Of a stretch of 40,520 bases of DNA, positions 9,336-19,260 are shown piece after piece (within the stretch, counting starts at the first letter, position 1; each line of letters starts with the position of its first letter). The notes under the pieces are model-generated. The model had not been told where the DNA came from. It saw only the letters and a program-made list of their open reading frames with translations, and searched no databases. A program made the position numbers and the translations under genes. Where the stretch lies: positions 1 through 40,520 of the forward strand of contig CAVWLW010000028.1 in the NCBI GenBank assembly GCA_963755715.1, written 5' to 3'. This DNA comes from an uncultured delta proteobacterium. GTDB taxonomy: Bacteria; Desulfobacterota; Binatia; UBA9968.

Positions 9336-11033
9336 ATGAGTGATCGGACTAAATTGACCTCGCACCTTGTCCTGCTCATTGCGCTGTGCGGGATCTTGTA
9401 TTTTCCATACCTCGGCAACGTTTCCTTCTTTGACAAGGGCGAACCGAGAGAGGCTTTGGCTGTGCAAGATATCGTGCAGCGCGGCGAATGGCTGTTCCCA
9501 CTCAAACGGGCGACGGCGATTCCATCCAAGCCGCCGCTGTTTCACTGGTCGGCGGCGTTGGTTGCCAAAGTCACAGGTAAATTGGACGAGACCACTATCC
9601 GGTTTCCGTCCGCCCTTTACGCCACGCTCGGTGTCCTCTTTGTCTATGTTCTCGGCAGAAAGTTATATGGCGGGGCAATCGGACTGCTTGCCGGGGCGAT
9701 ACTCGCCACGACCATGGTTTATAACGATCAAGCCTTGAGCGCGCGGGTCGACATGACCCTGTGTTTTTTCGTAACCCTCAGTTTAGTTATTTTCTATGCG
9801 CTTTATCGCGGCTTTCTAATCCATTCCCTGTGGTATTTCGCGTTGTACGCGCTGGTTGGCATCGGCACGCTGGCAAAGGGCCCGCTGGGAATACTTTTGC
9901 CGGGACTGGTGATCGCGGTGTTTCTCGCCGTAAAAAGAAAATGGGATTTAATCCTAAAGTTCGCCTTCCATCCGGGTGTGATCATAACTCTCCTCCTCGC
10001 GGTCGGATGGTACGGGATGGCGTTTACCCGGGGCGGCGAAGGATTCGTCGATCGCCAACTGCTTCAAGAAAACCTCAAGCGCTTTTTCGGCGGTTCCGGG
10101 CACAGCCATCCAGTTTATTATTACTTCTCCTATCTTTTCAGTTTGGGATTGCCGTGGAGTCTTTTTTTGCCGTTCATGCTTTGGGACGTGTTTCAGCCGG
10201 GTGCACGCGGCGACGATGATCGGCTGTTTTTCAAGTCGTGGTTTCTGGTCATGTTCGTTTTCTTTTCGTTGTCGGCGGGAAAACGACCCGTCTACCTCTT
10301 GCCTTTGTATCCGCCGCTGGCGCTGTTACTCGCGGCCTGGGTTTATCACCATGGCGTTTCAACCGGCGCACGACTGATTCTCTATCGCATCGTTGCCGGC
10401 ATCGCCGTTTTGACCGGTGCGCTACTATTGGTCATCACCATCGGCGCGATTTGGAATCATGAGCCGGGCTGGTTCTTCGGACCGATCGCCGGTTTGCTCA
10501 AACCGAAGGACCGCGCCAATCTGTTGGTCGTTCAAGATGCCTTGGACACGTTTGGCGCCGTATTCACCGTGGTAGCATTCTTATCCGCTGTACTCTGGTT
10601 GGCGCTCGGACGCGCCTTTTGGCACGGCAAGATCCGCCAAGCGGCTCTGCTGCTCGTATTCATCGGCGTGTCGCTTGGATTCATCAGCCGGGCCGTCGTT
10701 ATCCCCGTGATCGCGACGAGCAAAAGTTATCGCGACTTTGTCATGAACATGGAGCGGCGAATAGGGCCCGAAACGGCGGTCTATCTTTTCGGGGAATTCA
10801 ACAGCGACCCCGTAGTGTTTTATCACGGCAAGGTGATCGAGCCGCTAGAGCGGCCGCTCGCTGAAGTCGCAGCTAAGATCGGCGTGGGCAAAGATTACCT
10901 CATCATGCCGGAGCAGACCTGGAAGAAGATTGAACAGATCCGACCGGCTCTGCCGGCGCCGCTCTTACAGAGTGAAGGCAAAGGCGCGGAAGGCGATGCG
11001 CCTTTGGTTCTGGTACAGATCAATCTGTCTTAG
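9336..11033 (+). CDS. ArnT-like glycosyltransferase family 39 (lipid A/membrane glycosylation)
   Basis: DKGEPRE, SKPPLFHW, RFPSA, ARVDM, LAKGPLG, LPWS, GKRPVYLLP.YP motifs; multiple TM helices. Confidence 0.87.
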   Translation: MSDRTKLTSHLVLLIALCGILYFPYLGNVSFFDKGEPREALAVQDIVQRGEWLFPLKRATAIPSKPPLFHWSAALVAKVTGKLDETTIRFPSALYATLGVLFVYVLGRKLYGGAIGLLAGAILATTMVYNDQALSARVDMTLCFFVTLSLVIFYALYRGFLIHSLWYFALYALVGIGTLAKGPLGILLPGLVIAVFLAVKRKWDLILKFAFHPGVIITLLLAVGWYGMAFTRGGEGFVDRQLLQENLKRFFGGSGHSHPVYYYFSYLFSLGLPWSLFLPFMLWDVFQPGARGDDDRLFFKSWFLVMFVFFSLSAGKRPVYLLPLYPPLALLLAAWVYHHGVSTGARLILYRIVAGIAVLTGALLLVITIGAIWNHEPGWFFGPIAGLLKPKDRANLLVVQDALDTFGAVFTVVAFLSAVLWLALGRAFWHGKIRQAALLLVFIGVSLGFISRAVVIPVIATSKSYRDFVMNMERRIGPETAVYLFGEFNSDPVVFYHGKVIEPLERPLAEVAAKIGVGKDYLIMPEQTWKKIEQIRPALPAPLLQSEGKGAEGDAPLVLVQINLS

Positions 11034-11038
11034 CGCTG

Positions 11039-12032
11039 CTACTTGAAAAATCCTTCTTTCTCCAGTTCTCTGAGTGCGCGCATGTCGACGAAATCGTCGA
11101 ACTTGATGGTCTTCCCCTTGGCTTCTTTGCCGATTTCATCGAGCACGGTTTGAATACCGGCGACAGTGGGAAACGGCCGCGGATCCAGGACACGAACGCT
11201 GCGCGAGAGCGCATAATCAATGGTTTCCACGTCGTCGGTTTTCAATGCCGCGCGGATCGCTATCTTTGCGTTCGTTGCGTCGGTCTGAAGCGCTCGGATC
11301 GATTCGGACATGCTCTTGATCAGCGCCTTGGCCAGTTTCAAATTGCGGTCGATGTATGGGCCCATCATGTTGAGCGAGAGAAACGGATACTCGATTTTCG
11401 TATCGGCGAGGTCGGTCAGTATGTTGAATCCTTCTCGTTTCGCCTTCGGGACGAAGTCGGCGGCCATGATGGTGCCGTCCACTGTGCCGCTCAGGATCGC
11501 TGCCATGCGCGCGCCCGAATTGCCGATTTGCAAGAGTTGTGACGTCCTTGTCCGGATCCAGGCCGCCGTCTTTGAGTGCTAGATTACTTTGAAAGTGCGA
11601 TCCCGAACCAAAGCGGCTGACCGCGATCCTTTTGCCTTTTAACTGTTTCATGGATGTGATCGACGGCGCGGTGATGTAGACGTGATTGAATCGATTGGCG
11701 ATGACGGCGACGATGCGCATGTCGGCACCGCGCATTTTCGCCAGCATAGCTTCCGAGCCTTGTGACAACGAAACGTCAAAGGTGCCAGAGATCAGCGCTT
11801 GATTGAGCAGCGAACCGCTGTTGACGTAGACGACCTCTACGTCGAGTCCGTTGCGTCGGAAAATACCCAAGCGTTTGCCGATTTCCAACGAATAACTGCT
11901 TATTCCCGTGCCGCTATAGCCGAGGCGAATCTTGTCGAGGGTTTGCGCCGGCGCCTCAAGCGCGCCAATGCGAACGATCAAAAGCAAAGCCCCGAGAACG
12001 ATCATGGCGCGGCCTCGGCATGAAATCTTCAT
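11039..12032 (-). CDS. ABC-type substrate-binding protein, NMT1/THI5/SsuA family; one frameshift near 11537
   Basis: GAGGAG RBS and signal peptide; G.F.RNGLDVEVV, LKGKRIAVSRFGSGSH, GLDPDKDV, then LQIG....R.AA..SG.VD in the adjacent frame. Confidence 0.82.
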
Positions 12033-12216
12033 GGGCGGCTCCTCTTCTTGGGCATTCATGACGGTGATCGGTTTCAGAATAGTTGATATAGCCTTTGCGA
12101 AGGCTTTCGACAATCTATTTTTGGCGGCTCGGTCAAACGAGCCATGCGGCTAAGTTCATGATAAAGTCGCGCCGGTTTCCAATTACCGGAGATTTTCATC
12201 GACATAAGGAGGACAA

Positions 12217-12936
12217 GTGAAAACCGATCTCGCTTTAGCGCGCAAGGTGGCGTTGTCGTGCCGCATACTCGCCAAGCTCGGCATGTTCAAAGAAACCACG
12301 GGCCACGTCAGCGCTCGCCTCGATAAAGAGCACATGCTGATCCGCGGCCGCGGACCGAAAGAAACCGGACTGCTTTTTACCAAGCCGAGCGATGTTATTG
12401 TCGCCGATCTCGACGGCCGCAATCGGGACAAGAAAGCCGGGCTCAAGCCGCCCAACGAAGCGGTCATCCACGGCGAAATATACAAGGCGAGAGCGAATGC
12501 GGCGGCCGTCGTGCATGCCCATCCGCCTTCGGTGGTGCTTTGCAGCATGGCGGGAATCGAGCTCAGACCGATCTTCGGCGGCTACGATCCGAGCAGCATG
12601 CGGCTGGCCTTGAAACCCATTCCGGTCTATCCACGCACGCTGACGCTGAACACGGTCGAGCAAGTCCACGCCATGCAGGCGGTGATGGGCGACCAGGATA
12701 TTTGCATCCTGCGCGGCCATGGCTTGATCGCAGTTGGACCCAGCGTCGAACAGGCGACGCTCACGGCGATCAAGCTCGACACCTTGGCGAAGATGAATTT
12801 GCAAGCGGCTTCGCTGGGCAAGGTTCCGTCGATCCCCGACGAAGACATCGCCGCATTCCAAAGCCGTTTGAGTAGAGGCAACAGCTCGGTGGACGCGCTG
12901 TGGCGATATTATTCCGAATGGTTGGTCAAAGGCTGA
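12217..12936 (+). CDS. Class II aldolase/adducin family metalloenzyme
   Basis: GHVSAR, PPNEAVIH..IY, VVHAH and LRGHG metal-binding motifs; AGGAGG RBS before GTG. Confidence 0.88.
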   Translation: MKTDLALARKVALSCRILAKLGMFKETTGHVSARLDKEHMLIRGRGPKETGLLFTKPSDVIVADLDGRNRDKKAGLKPPNEAVIHGEIYKARANAAAVVHAHPPSVVLCSMAGIELRPIFGGYDPSSMRLALKPIPVYPRTLTLNTVEQVHAMQAVMGDQDICILRGHGLIAVGPSVEQATLTAIKLDTLAKMNLQAASLGKVPSIPDEDIAAFQSRLSRGNSSVDALWRYYSEWLVKG

Positions 12937-13003
12937 ACCGGCCGGCTTGTAACCCGTAATCGGCGGTGCTTATCTATCGAAAAACCTCGCGCCCTGAGGA
13001 GTC

Positions 13004-13938
13004 ATGACTATGGATATGGATCGTCGAACCGTTATCAAGGCTGGACTTGGTTTAGGCGCTTCGTTGTTGCTTCGTCCGGCGGACATTTTCGCGCAGACCC
13101 AGCCCCTCATCCAAAAACAAATTCCTTCGTCGGGGGAAAGCATTCCCGTCATAGGAATCGGCACGGCGCGCCGCTACGAAGAAATTAAGAACGACTCGGA
13201 GAAAGCGCCGCTGCGCGAAACGATCCGGCAATTTCAAGCGTTGGGCGGCAAGGTGATCGACAGCTCGCCGTCTTACGGCACGGCGGAAGCCGTGGTCGGG
13301 GAGCTCGTCGACGAGCTCAAAGTGCGCAACTCGCTGTTTCTCGCCACCAAAGTGAGCTTGCGCAACATCGGGCGTGAAGAAGGAATCAAACAGATCGAGG
13401 AGTCGTTCAAGAAATACCGCACGAACAAGCTCGATCTGATCGCGGTGCACAATTTGCGCGATACCGACACGCAGTTGGCCACGCTGCGCGGCATGAAGCA
13501 GGCGGGGCGCGATTCGCTACGTCGGCATCACGACCTCATTCGATAATCAGTACGGCGAGTTCGAGCAGACGATGAAGAAGCAAGCTCTCGACTTCATTCA
13601 AGTCGATTACGCTCTGGATAACCGCGACGCCGGCGAGCGCATCATTCCGCTGGCGCCCGATCGCGGCATGGCGGTGATGATCAATTTACCCTTCGGGCGC
13701 GGGACGTTTGTTCAACGCGGTGCAGGGCAAGAAGTTGCCGGAGTGGGCGAGCGAGTTCGATTGCCAATCCTGGGCGCAGTTTTTTCTCAAATACATCGTT
13801 TCGCATCCGGCGATCACCTGCGCGGTGCCCGGCATGGCTCAGGCGAAATACGTCGTCGACAATCTCGGCGCGGCGCATGGCCGCCTGCCCGACGCCGCCA
13901 TGCGGCGCAAGATGGAACAGTTCATCGACAATGTCTAA
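13004..13938 (+). CDS. Aldo/keto reductase with Tat-like signal peptide; two frameshifts near 13511 and 13702
   Basis: DRRTVIK twin-Arg; IGIGT, IDSSPSYG.AE..VG, FLATKV, DLIAVHN. Bridging frames give IRYVGIT, DFIQVDY, PFGRG-RLF, WAQFFLKY..SHP. Confidence 0.83.
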
Positions 13939-13968
13939 ATAGCCTGAGCGAAGGGTAGGGGATTAGGG

Positions 13969-15318
13969 TTGACGGAATCCGGCGCCACGTTATCGAGCGG
14001 CTTTTGGCAGCGCTTGCTTCGGCCGGTGATCGACGTCGAACCCGCGGAGATGCGCGCACTCGGTTGGTCATGGCTTTATATCTTTTGCGTTCTTTTCTCC
14101 TATTACATTCTGCGCCCCATCCGTGACGAGATGGGCGTTGCCGGCGGTGTGGAACATCTCCAGTGGCTGTTCACCGGCACACTGCTCGGTATGATCGCCG
14201 TCAATCCGGCGTTCGCGGCGCTGGTCGCGCGCCTGCCGCGCATCAGATTCATCGCCATCAGCTATCGGTTTTTCGTCGTCAACCTGCTCATCTTTGGACT
14301 TGCTCTTCATTGGGCCAGCGCGGCCCAGAACATCTGGATCGGCCGGGTGTTCTTTATCTGGACGTCGGTCTTTAATCTATTTGTCGTTTCGGTTTTTTGG
14401 GCGTTGATGGTCGATGTGTTCGACGCCGGGCAGGCCAAGCGGCTCTTCGGCTTTATTGCCGCCGGCGCCACTCTTGGCGGTATTTTCGGGTCGAGCCTGA
14501 CCGCATCCCTGGCGCCGCACGTCGCGCCGATTTATCTCTTGCTGATTTCCGCTGCGCTGCTGGAACTCGCCGTGTTCTGCGTGCGCCGCCTGTCGCGGTT
14601 GTCCAGCGCGTTGCTTCCAAGTTCCGTTGCGCCAAGGGATGAAACCGTGATCGGCGGCTCCATCTTCGGCGGTCTCCGTCACGCTCTCAGCTCGCCGTAT
14701 CTGATCAACGTAAGCGTTTACATATTGCTCTTTGCGACCACGTCGACGTTTCTCTATTTTCAACAGGCCGAAATAGCCAGACAAAGCTTTGCCGAGCGCG
14801 GCGCGCGCACCGCTTTCTTTGCGCGTGTGGACTTGTGGGTAAATATTCTTACGCTCGGCGCGCAGCTCTTTTTGACCGGGCGCGTGTTGCGCTGGATCGG
14901 CGTCGCGCTGACCCTCGCGCTATTGCCGCTGATGAGCATCTTAGGATTCAGCGCTTTGGCGTTGACGCCGACGATTGCGGTCTTGGTAATCTATCAGGTG
15001 ATTCGCCGCGCCGGCAATTTTGCTTTTGCCCGGCCCAGCCGCGAGGTTTTGTTTACGGTCGTGCCGCGTGAGGACAAATACAAGGCCAAAAGTTTTATCG
15101 ACACCGTGATCTACCGTTTGGGCGATCAGGTCGGCGCCTGGTCTTATGCCGGCTTGGGATTGTTGGGCATCGGCATGGCAGGGATTTCGCTGGTTGCGGT
15201 GCCGCTTTCTATCGCCTGGCTAATTAACGGGCTTTGGCTTGGGCGCAAGCAGAAAATTTTGGAAAGCGCGGAAATGCCGGCTTCGAGCACTGCTTCAGCG
15301 CTGCACGTCAGCCGCTAG
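13969..15318 (+). CDS. MFS transporter of the NTT/ATP:ADP antiporter-like (COG3202) family
   Basis: SYYILRPIRD, FNLFVVSVFW..M.D.F...QAKRLFG.I..G, RPSRE.LF......KYKAKSFIDT..YR.GD motifs. Confidence 0.82.
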   Translation: MTESGATLSSGFWQRLLRPVIDVEPAEMRALGWSWLYIFCVLFSYYILRPIRDEMGVAGGVEHLQWLFTGTLLGMIAVNPAFAALVARLPRIRFIAISYRFFVVNLLIFGLALHWASAAQNIWIGRVFFIWTSVFNLFVVSVFWALMVDVFDAGQAKRLFGFIAAGATLGGIFGSSLTASLAPHVAPIYLLLISAALLELAVFCVRRLSRLSSALLPSSVAPRDETVIGGSIFGGLRHALSSPYLINVSVYILLFATTSTFLYFQQAEIARQSFAERGARTAFFARVDLWVNILTLGAQLFLTGRVLRWIGVALTLALLPLMSILGFSALALTPTIAVLVIYQVIRRAGNFAFARPSREVLFTVVPREDKYKAKSFIDTVIYRLGDQVGAWSYAGLGLLGIGMAGISLVAVPLSIAWLINGLWLGRKQKILESAEMPASSTASALHVSR

Positions 15319-15850
15319 TTTTTCGCCGCGGTCAAGTCGATGTCGATGTTTTCTTCGCGTTGAATCTCGGCGAAGCGCGCGCGCAATTGGTTGATGTTGG
15401 TCCGCACCGGAATCGCAATATTCGCTTCGAGCTGAAAAATCGGCGTGCCGCTGACCGGCGCCGCGTAGGTTTTGGTTTCCATCGATTCGATATTGATCCC
15501 GAGAGCGCTCAGCGCGGCGCTGATCTGATAGACGATGCCGGGATGGTCCATGCACGAGGCGGTCAATTTATAGGGCAGAAAAGATTCCGGCGTTTTTCTG
15601 GTCGACGGCGTCTTGATGGATATCGCGAGACCGGTCTCGGTTTCGATCTCGCGATAATCGCGGCCGATCTTCACCAGATTTTACCCTCGCCGCTGATCAG
15701 CACGATCACGGCGAATTCGCCGCAAAAAACCGCCATCTTGCTGTCTTCGATGTTACAGTCGTGGCGCGAAATAAATGCCGCGATGCGTTGAACCAAGCCG
15801 ACTTGATCCGGTCCGATCGCGGTGAGAATTAAATGGTCTTTATCGGCCAT
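15315..15850 (-). CDS. GcvR-like double-ACT-domain protein; frameshift in an A-run near 15680
   Basis: My translation from ATG 15850 is MADKDHLILTAIGPDQVGLVQRIAAFISRHDCNIEDSKM (ACT1). Adding one A at GGTAAAATCTG joins it to DHPGIV..I...L...GINIESM (ACT2). Confidence 0.82.
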
Positions 15851-15870
15851 GACAATACCCTAGAAAATTC

Positions 15871-15906
15871 GTTCAAATAGTTCAAATCGTTCAAGCCGTT
15901 CAAAGC
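15871..15906. repeat. Four tandem 9-bp GTTCAAnnn units
   Basis: gttcaaata gttcaaatc gttcaagcc gttcaaagc, in the intergenic region upstream of the GcvR-like gene. Confidence 0.85.
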
Positions 15907-15966
15907 GTATGATGGCTGAGCTCTTCGATGCATGCGGGACGGGCCTGCCGACGCCTGTAGTTTTCT

Positions 15967-17259
15967 CTAGGTCAGAAAATATCCGTTCATGATCGCGTCG
16001 TGCCAGAGCTTGGCGACCGGGGGCACGATGCCTTGCGGCAGTTGTGTATGCGTCCAGCCCCAGGAGTGGATGCCGGCGCCGAGGGAGATGCTTTTTACCT
16101 TCGGCGCGGGATCGAGCTTGGCGAATAGCGGCAGTGATCTTTCGCAGCGCTGGAGCGTCACCGTGTCATCGTCGATGCCGTGGATCGAGAGAAAATTCGG
16201 CACGGGTTTTATGCCGGGGCCGCTGAGCTCGCGCGTGTAGCCGAGATAGCGCTGCACCAATTTCCCGGTCTCATCGTGTGAAAGCTTCAAGCGTTCGGCC
16301 GCAACTCGCGCGGCGGCTTCCAGCGCTTTGGTTGAATTTTTGTGGACGAAATCTTCGGCCTTGAAGTTGGGGCGCTTTTTCGCTGTTTCCCAGCGTTCAA
16401 AAGTGAGCTCGATGAGCATGGGTAGGCCGATGTCTTCGTTTTTCATTCCCTCGTACATGTAGCGCGCAGTGTCGCGCCAGGTGCGCAGGCGCAATTGATT
16501 AAACGGAAATTCCCAGTCATCGCCGCTGATCAAGGGATACATCCAACCGAAAGGCGAGCTGCCGTAACCGACCAGGCCGGCAATATTCGGCACTCGCTGC
16601 GAGGCCATCATGGCGAACGGGCCGCCGGTGGAGTGGCCGTGAATGTAGATAGAGAATTCGCCGTCGGGAAAATGGCGTCTGGCGGTTTCCTGGATCGCTT
16701 GTTCAAAAGCGGCCGGCCAGGCGGCCATGCGCTGGAAAAATTCCGTGCCTTCCTTGGCCGAAAGGGAAATCAGCGTGCCGTAATCTTCGCGCTTCGAAGT
16801 GTCCTGGACGATCGTGTACTGGTCCGGCGTGATGCGCATTTCTTTGGTCCAGAGCGGCGTGCGCGCCGTGCCATCGCCGTTTTCGACGTCTCCAGGCCAA
16901 TCCCGATCAGGATCGCGAAAATAGAATCGTCCGGGAAAAGTCATCGAAACGACTTTGATGCCAAACTTGGACGGCAGGGTGCGCGCGATGCGCTCGACGG
17001 ATTTGAAATCGGACACGCCGCCATGCAGCAAGAACACGCCGGCTTTTTTGCCGTCGGCACCACTCGGAATGCGCTTCGCATCTTGCGGCTGATAGATCAC
17101 GGCGCCGATGTCCCAGTCCATTTCCAGTTCCCTGATGCGAAAAATATCTTCACGCACGTCGATGGCGATATCCGGCATGGCCGTGACTTCATGATGCAAC
17201 TTGATCACATCTTCGAGCGCGACGGCGGACGGCGGGTGCCAGGCGGGTTGGGCAGTCAT
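15967..17259 (-). CDS. Alpha/beta-hydrolase fold protein of unknown substrate
   Basis: Oxyanion-type LLHGG, nucleophile elbow GHSTGG, IHG.DDD acid, GIHSW candidate His; ATGA overlap with the upstream phosphodiesterase. Confidence 0.68.
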   Translation of the reverse strand: MTAQPAWHPPSAVALEDVIKLHHEVTAMPDIAIDVREDIFRIRELEMDWDIGAVIYQPQDAKRIPSGADGKKAGVFLLHGGVSDFKSVERIARTLPSKFGIKVVSMTFPGRFYFRDPDRDWPGDVENGDGTARTPLWTKEMRITPDQYTIVQDTSKREDYGTLISLSAKEGTEFFQRMAAWPAAFEQAIQETARRHFPDGEFSIYIHGHSTGGPFAMMASQRVPNIAGLVGYGSSPFGWMYPLISGDDWEFPFNQLRLRTWRDTARYMYEGMKNEDIGLPMLIELTFERWETAKKRPNFKAEDFVHKNSTKALEAAARVAAERLKLSHDETGKLVQRYLGYTRELSGPGIKPVPNFLSIHGIDDDTVTLQRCERSLPLFAKLDPAPKVKSISLGAGIHSWGWTHTQLPQGIVPPVAKLWHDAIMNGYFLT

Positions 17260-19217
17260 GGCAGGCTCTCCTGTGAAGATTTTTGTCGTTGCTCCAAAGG
17301 CGGCGCGCCGATAATTGACGGCGCGAGGGCCTCGTTCAGCACCCGGCCGGTTGCGTCTTTCGGTTTGGGAATACCTATGAGCCGGGCGAGCGTCGGCGCG
17401 AAATCGATAATGCGCACGTTGGCAAGCTTCTGTCCGGCGCGCACGCCGGGGCCGTTCAGCACCATCAGCGTACGCATGGAGGCTTGCATCGGGTCGGCGC
17501 CGTGGGTGCCGTAGGGCTCGGTGTCGGTGATGAGCGGGCCGGCGCCGAGGCGCGGATCAAAATCGTAACCCGGCGCGAGATCGACGTAGAGATCGCCGCC
17601 GACTTCGCCGCCGAGCTCTCGGCTTGTTCCCTCTGTTTCCGCATCGTAAACCGATTTGACGACGGCGCGCTCGCCGTCGCGAATGGCCAGGAGTGCGTCG
17701 CGCGCTTTGGCGATCAATGCCGCGCGCTCTTCCGGCGCCACAATGCCGCTCTTTCGATCCGTCGAATTGATCAACAAATAGCCGTTGTTCACCGCCGGAT
17801 AGAGAATCCGGGTTTTGCTCAGGTCGACTTTGCCTTGCCCGTCGAGAAACAAGAGCCCGGCTTCCTGGAGCGCGCGATTGAGCGCAACCCGTTTGTTGAT
17901 GCCCTGCATACCGTGATCGGAGATCACGGCAAAAAGACTATTCGGCGGACGGCGGCTTAGAAGTAAACCGAGATGGTCGTCCGAGGTGCGATAGACCTTT
18001 TCTAAAAACGGGCGGAGTTGGTTGGCCAAATCTTGACGATAGCCGGGAAAGGTCGTGTCGAGATAACCACGCCACACGTGCTCGGCTTCGTCGGGAAACG
18101 GCGTGTAAGCTAGGTAAAGATCCCAAGGCAAGTTTTCCATCGCCCAGCGATTGGTTTCCATCAATTGATGCTGCGCAAAGACGACTGTTTCGAGATAGCG
18201 ACTTTCTGCGCCGCCGCTGCCGCCGTTCGGAAGGGTTCGACCGAATGCGCCTTGATTGTAGAGAAGACTGGCGCCGTTGCCGATAAAAGTCCGCACCGTG
18301 GCGCCGGGAGGAACTGCCGTTTCCGGTACGGTTAGGTCGCGCGCCGGGCGTGTGTAGTAAAGAAAAAAATCGCTGCCGTCGGGCTTGAGATCGAACAGAC
18401 GAAAGTAGGTTTTGGTGTCTTGATTGCCGCTCGATTTCACCGCGATCGGTTCGCTCCAAAATAGTTCTCCGCCGGCGCTGGCAGGCGCCGGCTTGAGCTT
18501 GGTTTTGATCTCCCGGGCGTCGCGCCCGGTGGCGATGAGCAGTGTATCGTAACCGATTTGAGTATCGATGGGATCGTCGATGAGGAGTCCGTAAAAACGC
18601 GTTTCGCCCACCGTGAAAGCGATCTCCACCGGCGGCGCTTCACTGGCGGGTGAATCGATCCATATCGCGGGTTCGTTTTGGATCGATCGTTTGGTCACGA
18701 TCCCGTCGCGGCCGGCGGTCAGCGTGTAGCCGGAAAATCGTATGACTTGCTCGGAGAGCTCGCCGGCAAACGCCGGCATATGCGAGACCACCACTTTTTT
18801 CCCCGCGCTCTCGGCGGCGGACCAGATTGGCTGAGCGCGCAAAGGCGCCTCGGCGAACCCGGCGAGGCTGTCGAGGATCGTGAACTGGGCGCGCGGCGCG
18901 CGCGGCACGCGATTGCCGGTGATACCGGTGATGCGCGGCGGCGCGCCCGTCATGAGCGAGGCAAAGCCCGGCGCGGTCTTCGATGGAAATCCGGCAACGA
19001 CGTCGTCGGCGAAAACGCCGCTTTCGATCAGCTTCGAGAGATGGGGCAGCTTGCCCTGCTTGAGCATTTCACTCACGAAAGATGGGACGGTGCCGTCCCA
19101 GGCGAGGACGATCGCTTTGCTCGCGCTCTGGCCGAAGACCGGGCGCGGCTCGCCGTGGAAAGAGACGGCGAGCGTGATCAGCAGGACGAGAAGCGAACGG
19201 CGGCGCGTTATCATCAT
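17256..19217 (-). CDS. Alkaline phosphatase superfamily, nucleotide pyrophosphatase/phosphodiesterase-type exported enzyme
   Basis: LAWDG, FPSKT (Thr nucleophile), PDEAEH, ISDHG, GTHG, IDFAPTL; TRRRSLL Tat-like leader. Confidence 0.85.
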   Translation of the reverse strand: MMITRRRSLLVLLITLAVSFHGEPRPVFGQSASKAIVLAWDGTVPSFVSEMLKQGKLPHLSKLIESGVFADDVVAGFPSKTAPGFASLMTGAPPRITGITGNRVPRAPRAQFTILDSLAGFAEAPLRAQPIWSAAESAGKKVVVSHMPAFAGELSEQVIRFSGYTLTAGRDGIVTKRSIQNEPAIWIDSPASEAPPVEIAFTVGETRFYGLLIDDPIDTQIGYDTLLIATGRDAREIKTKLKPAPASAGGELFWSEPIAVKSSGNQDTKTYFRLFDLKPDGSDFFLYYTRPARDLTVPETAVPPGATVRTFIGNGASLLYNQGAFGRTLPNGGSGGAESRYLETVVFAQHQLMETNRWAMENLPWDLYLAYTPFPDEAEHVWRGYLDTTFPGYRQDLANQLRPFLEKVYRTSDDHLGLLLSRRPPNSLFAVISDHGMQGINKRVALNRALQEAGLLFLDGQGKVDLSKTRILYPAVNNGYLLINSTDRKSGIVAPEERAALIAKARDALLAIRDGERAVVKSVYDAETEGTSRELGGEVGGDLYVDLAPGYDFDPRLGAGPLITDTEPYGTHGADPMQASMRTLMVLNGPGVRAGQKLANVRIIDFAPTLARLIGIPKPKDATGRVLNEALAPSIIGAPPLEQRQKSSQESLP

Positions 19218-19260
19218 TTGGAAAATAGTGCTGTGGCGGGAAAGAGGCCCAGTGACAGGG

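Noticed and set aside
15871-15906. CRISPR array or tRNA T-loop remnants
   Set aside because: Units are 9 bp with no spacers, no cas genes are present and there is no other tRNA structure.
16495-17514. Long antisense or alternate-frame ORFs (e.g. 16495-17514, 6489-7382, 29477-30364, 35150-35977, 27324-28091)
   Set aside because: Shadow ORFs of well-supported genes in GC-rich DNA, with no recognisable motifs.
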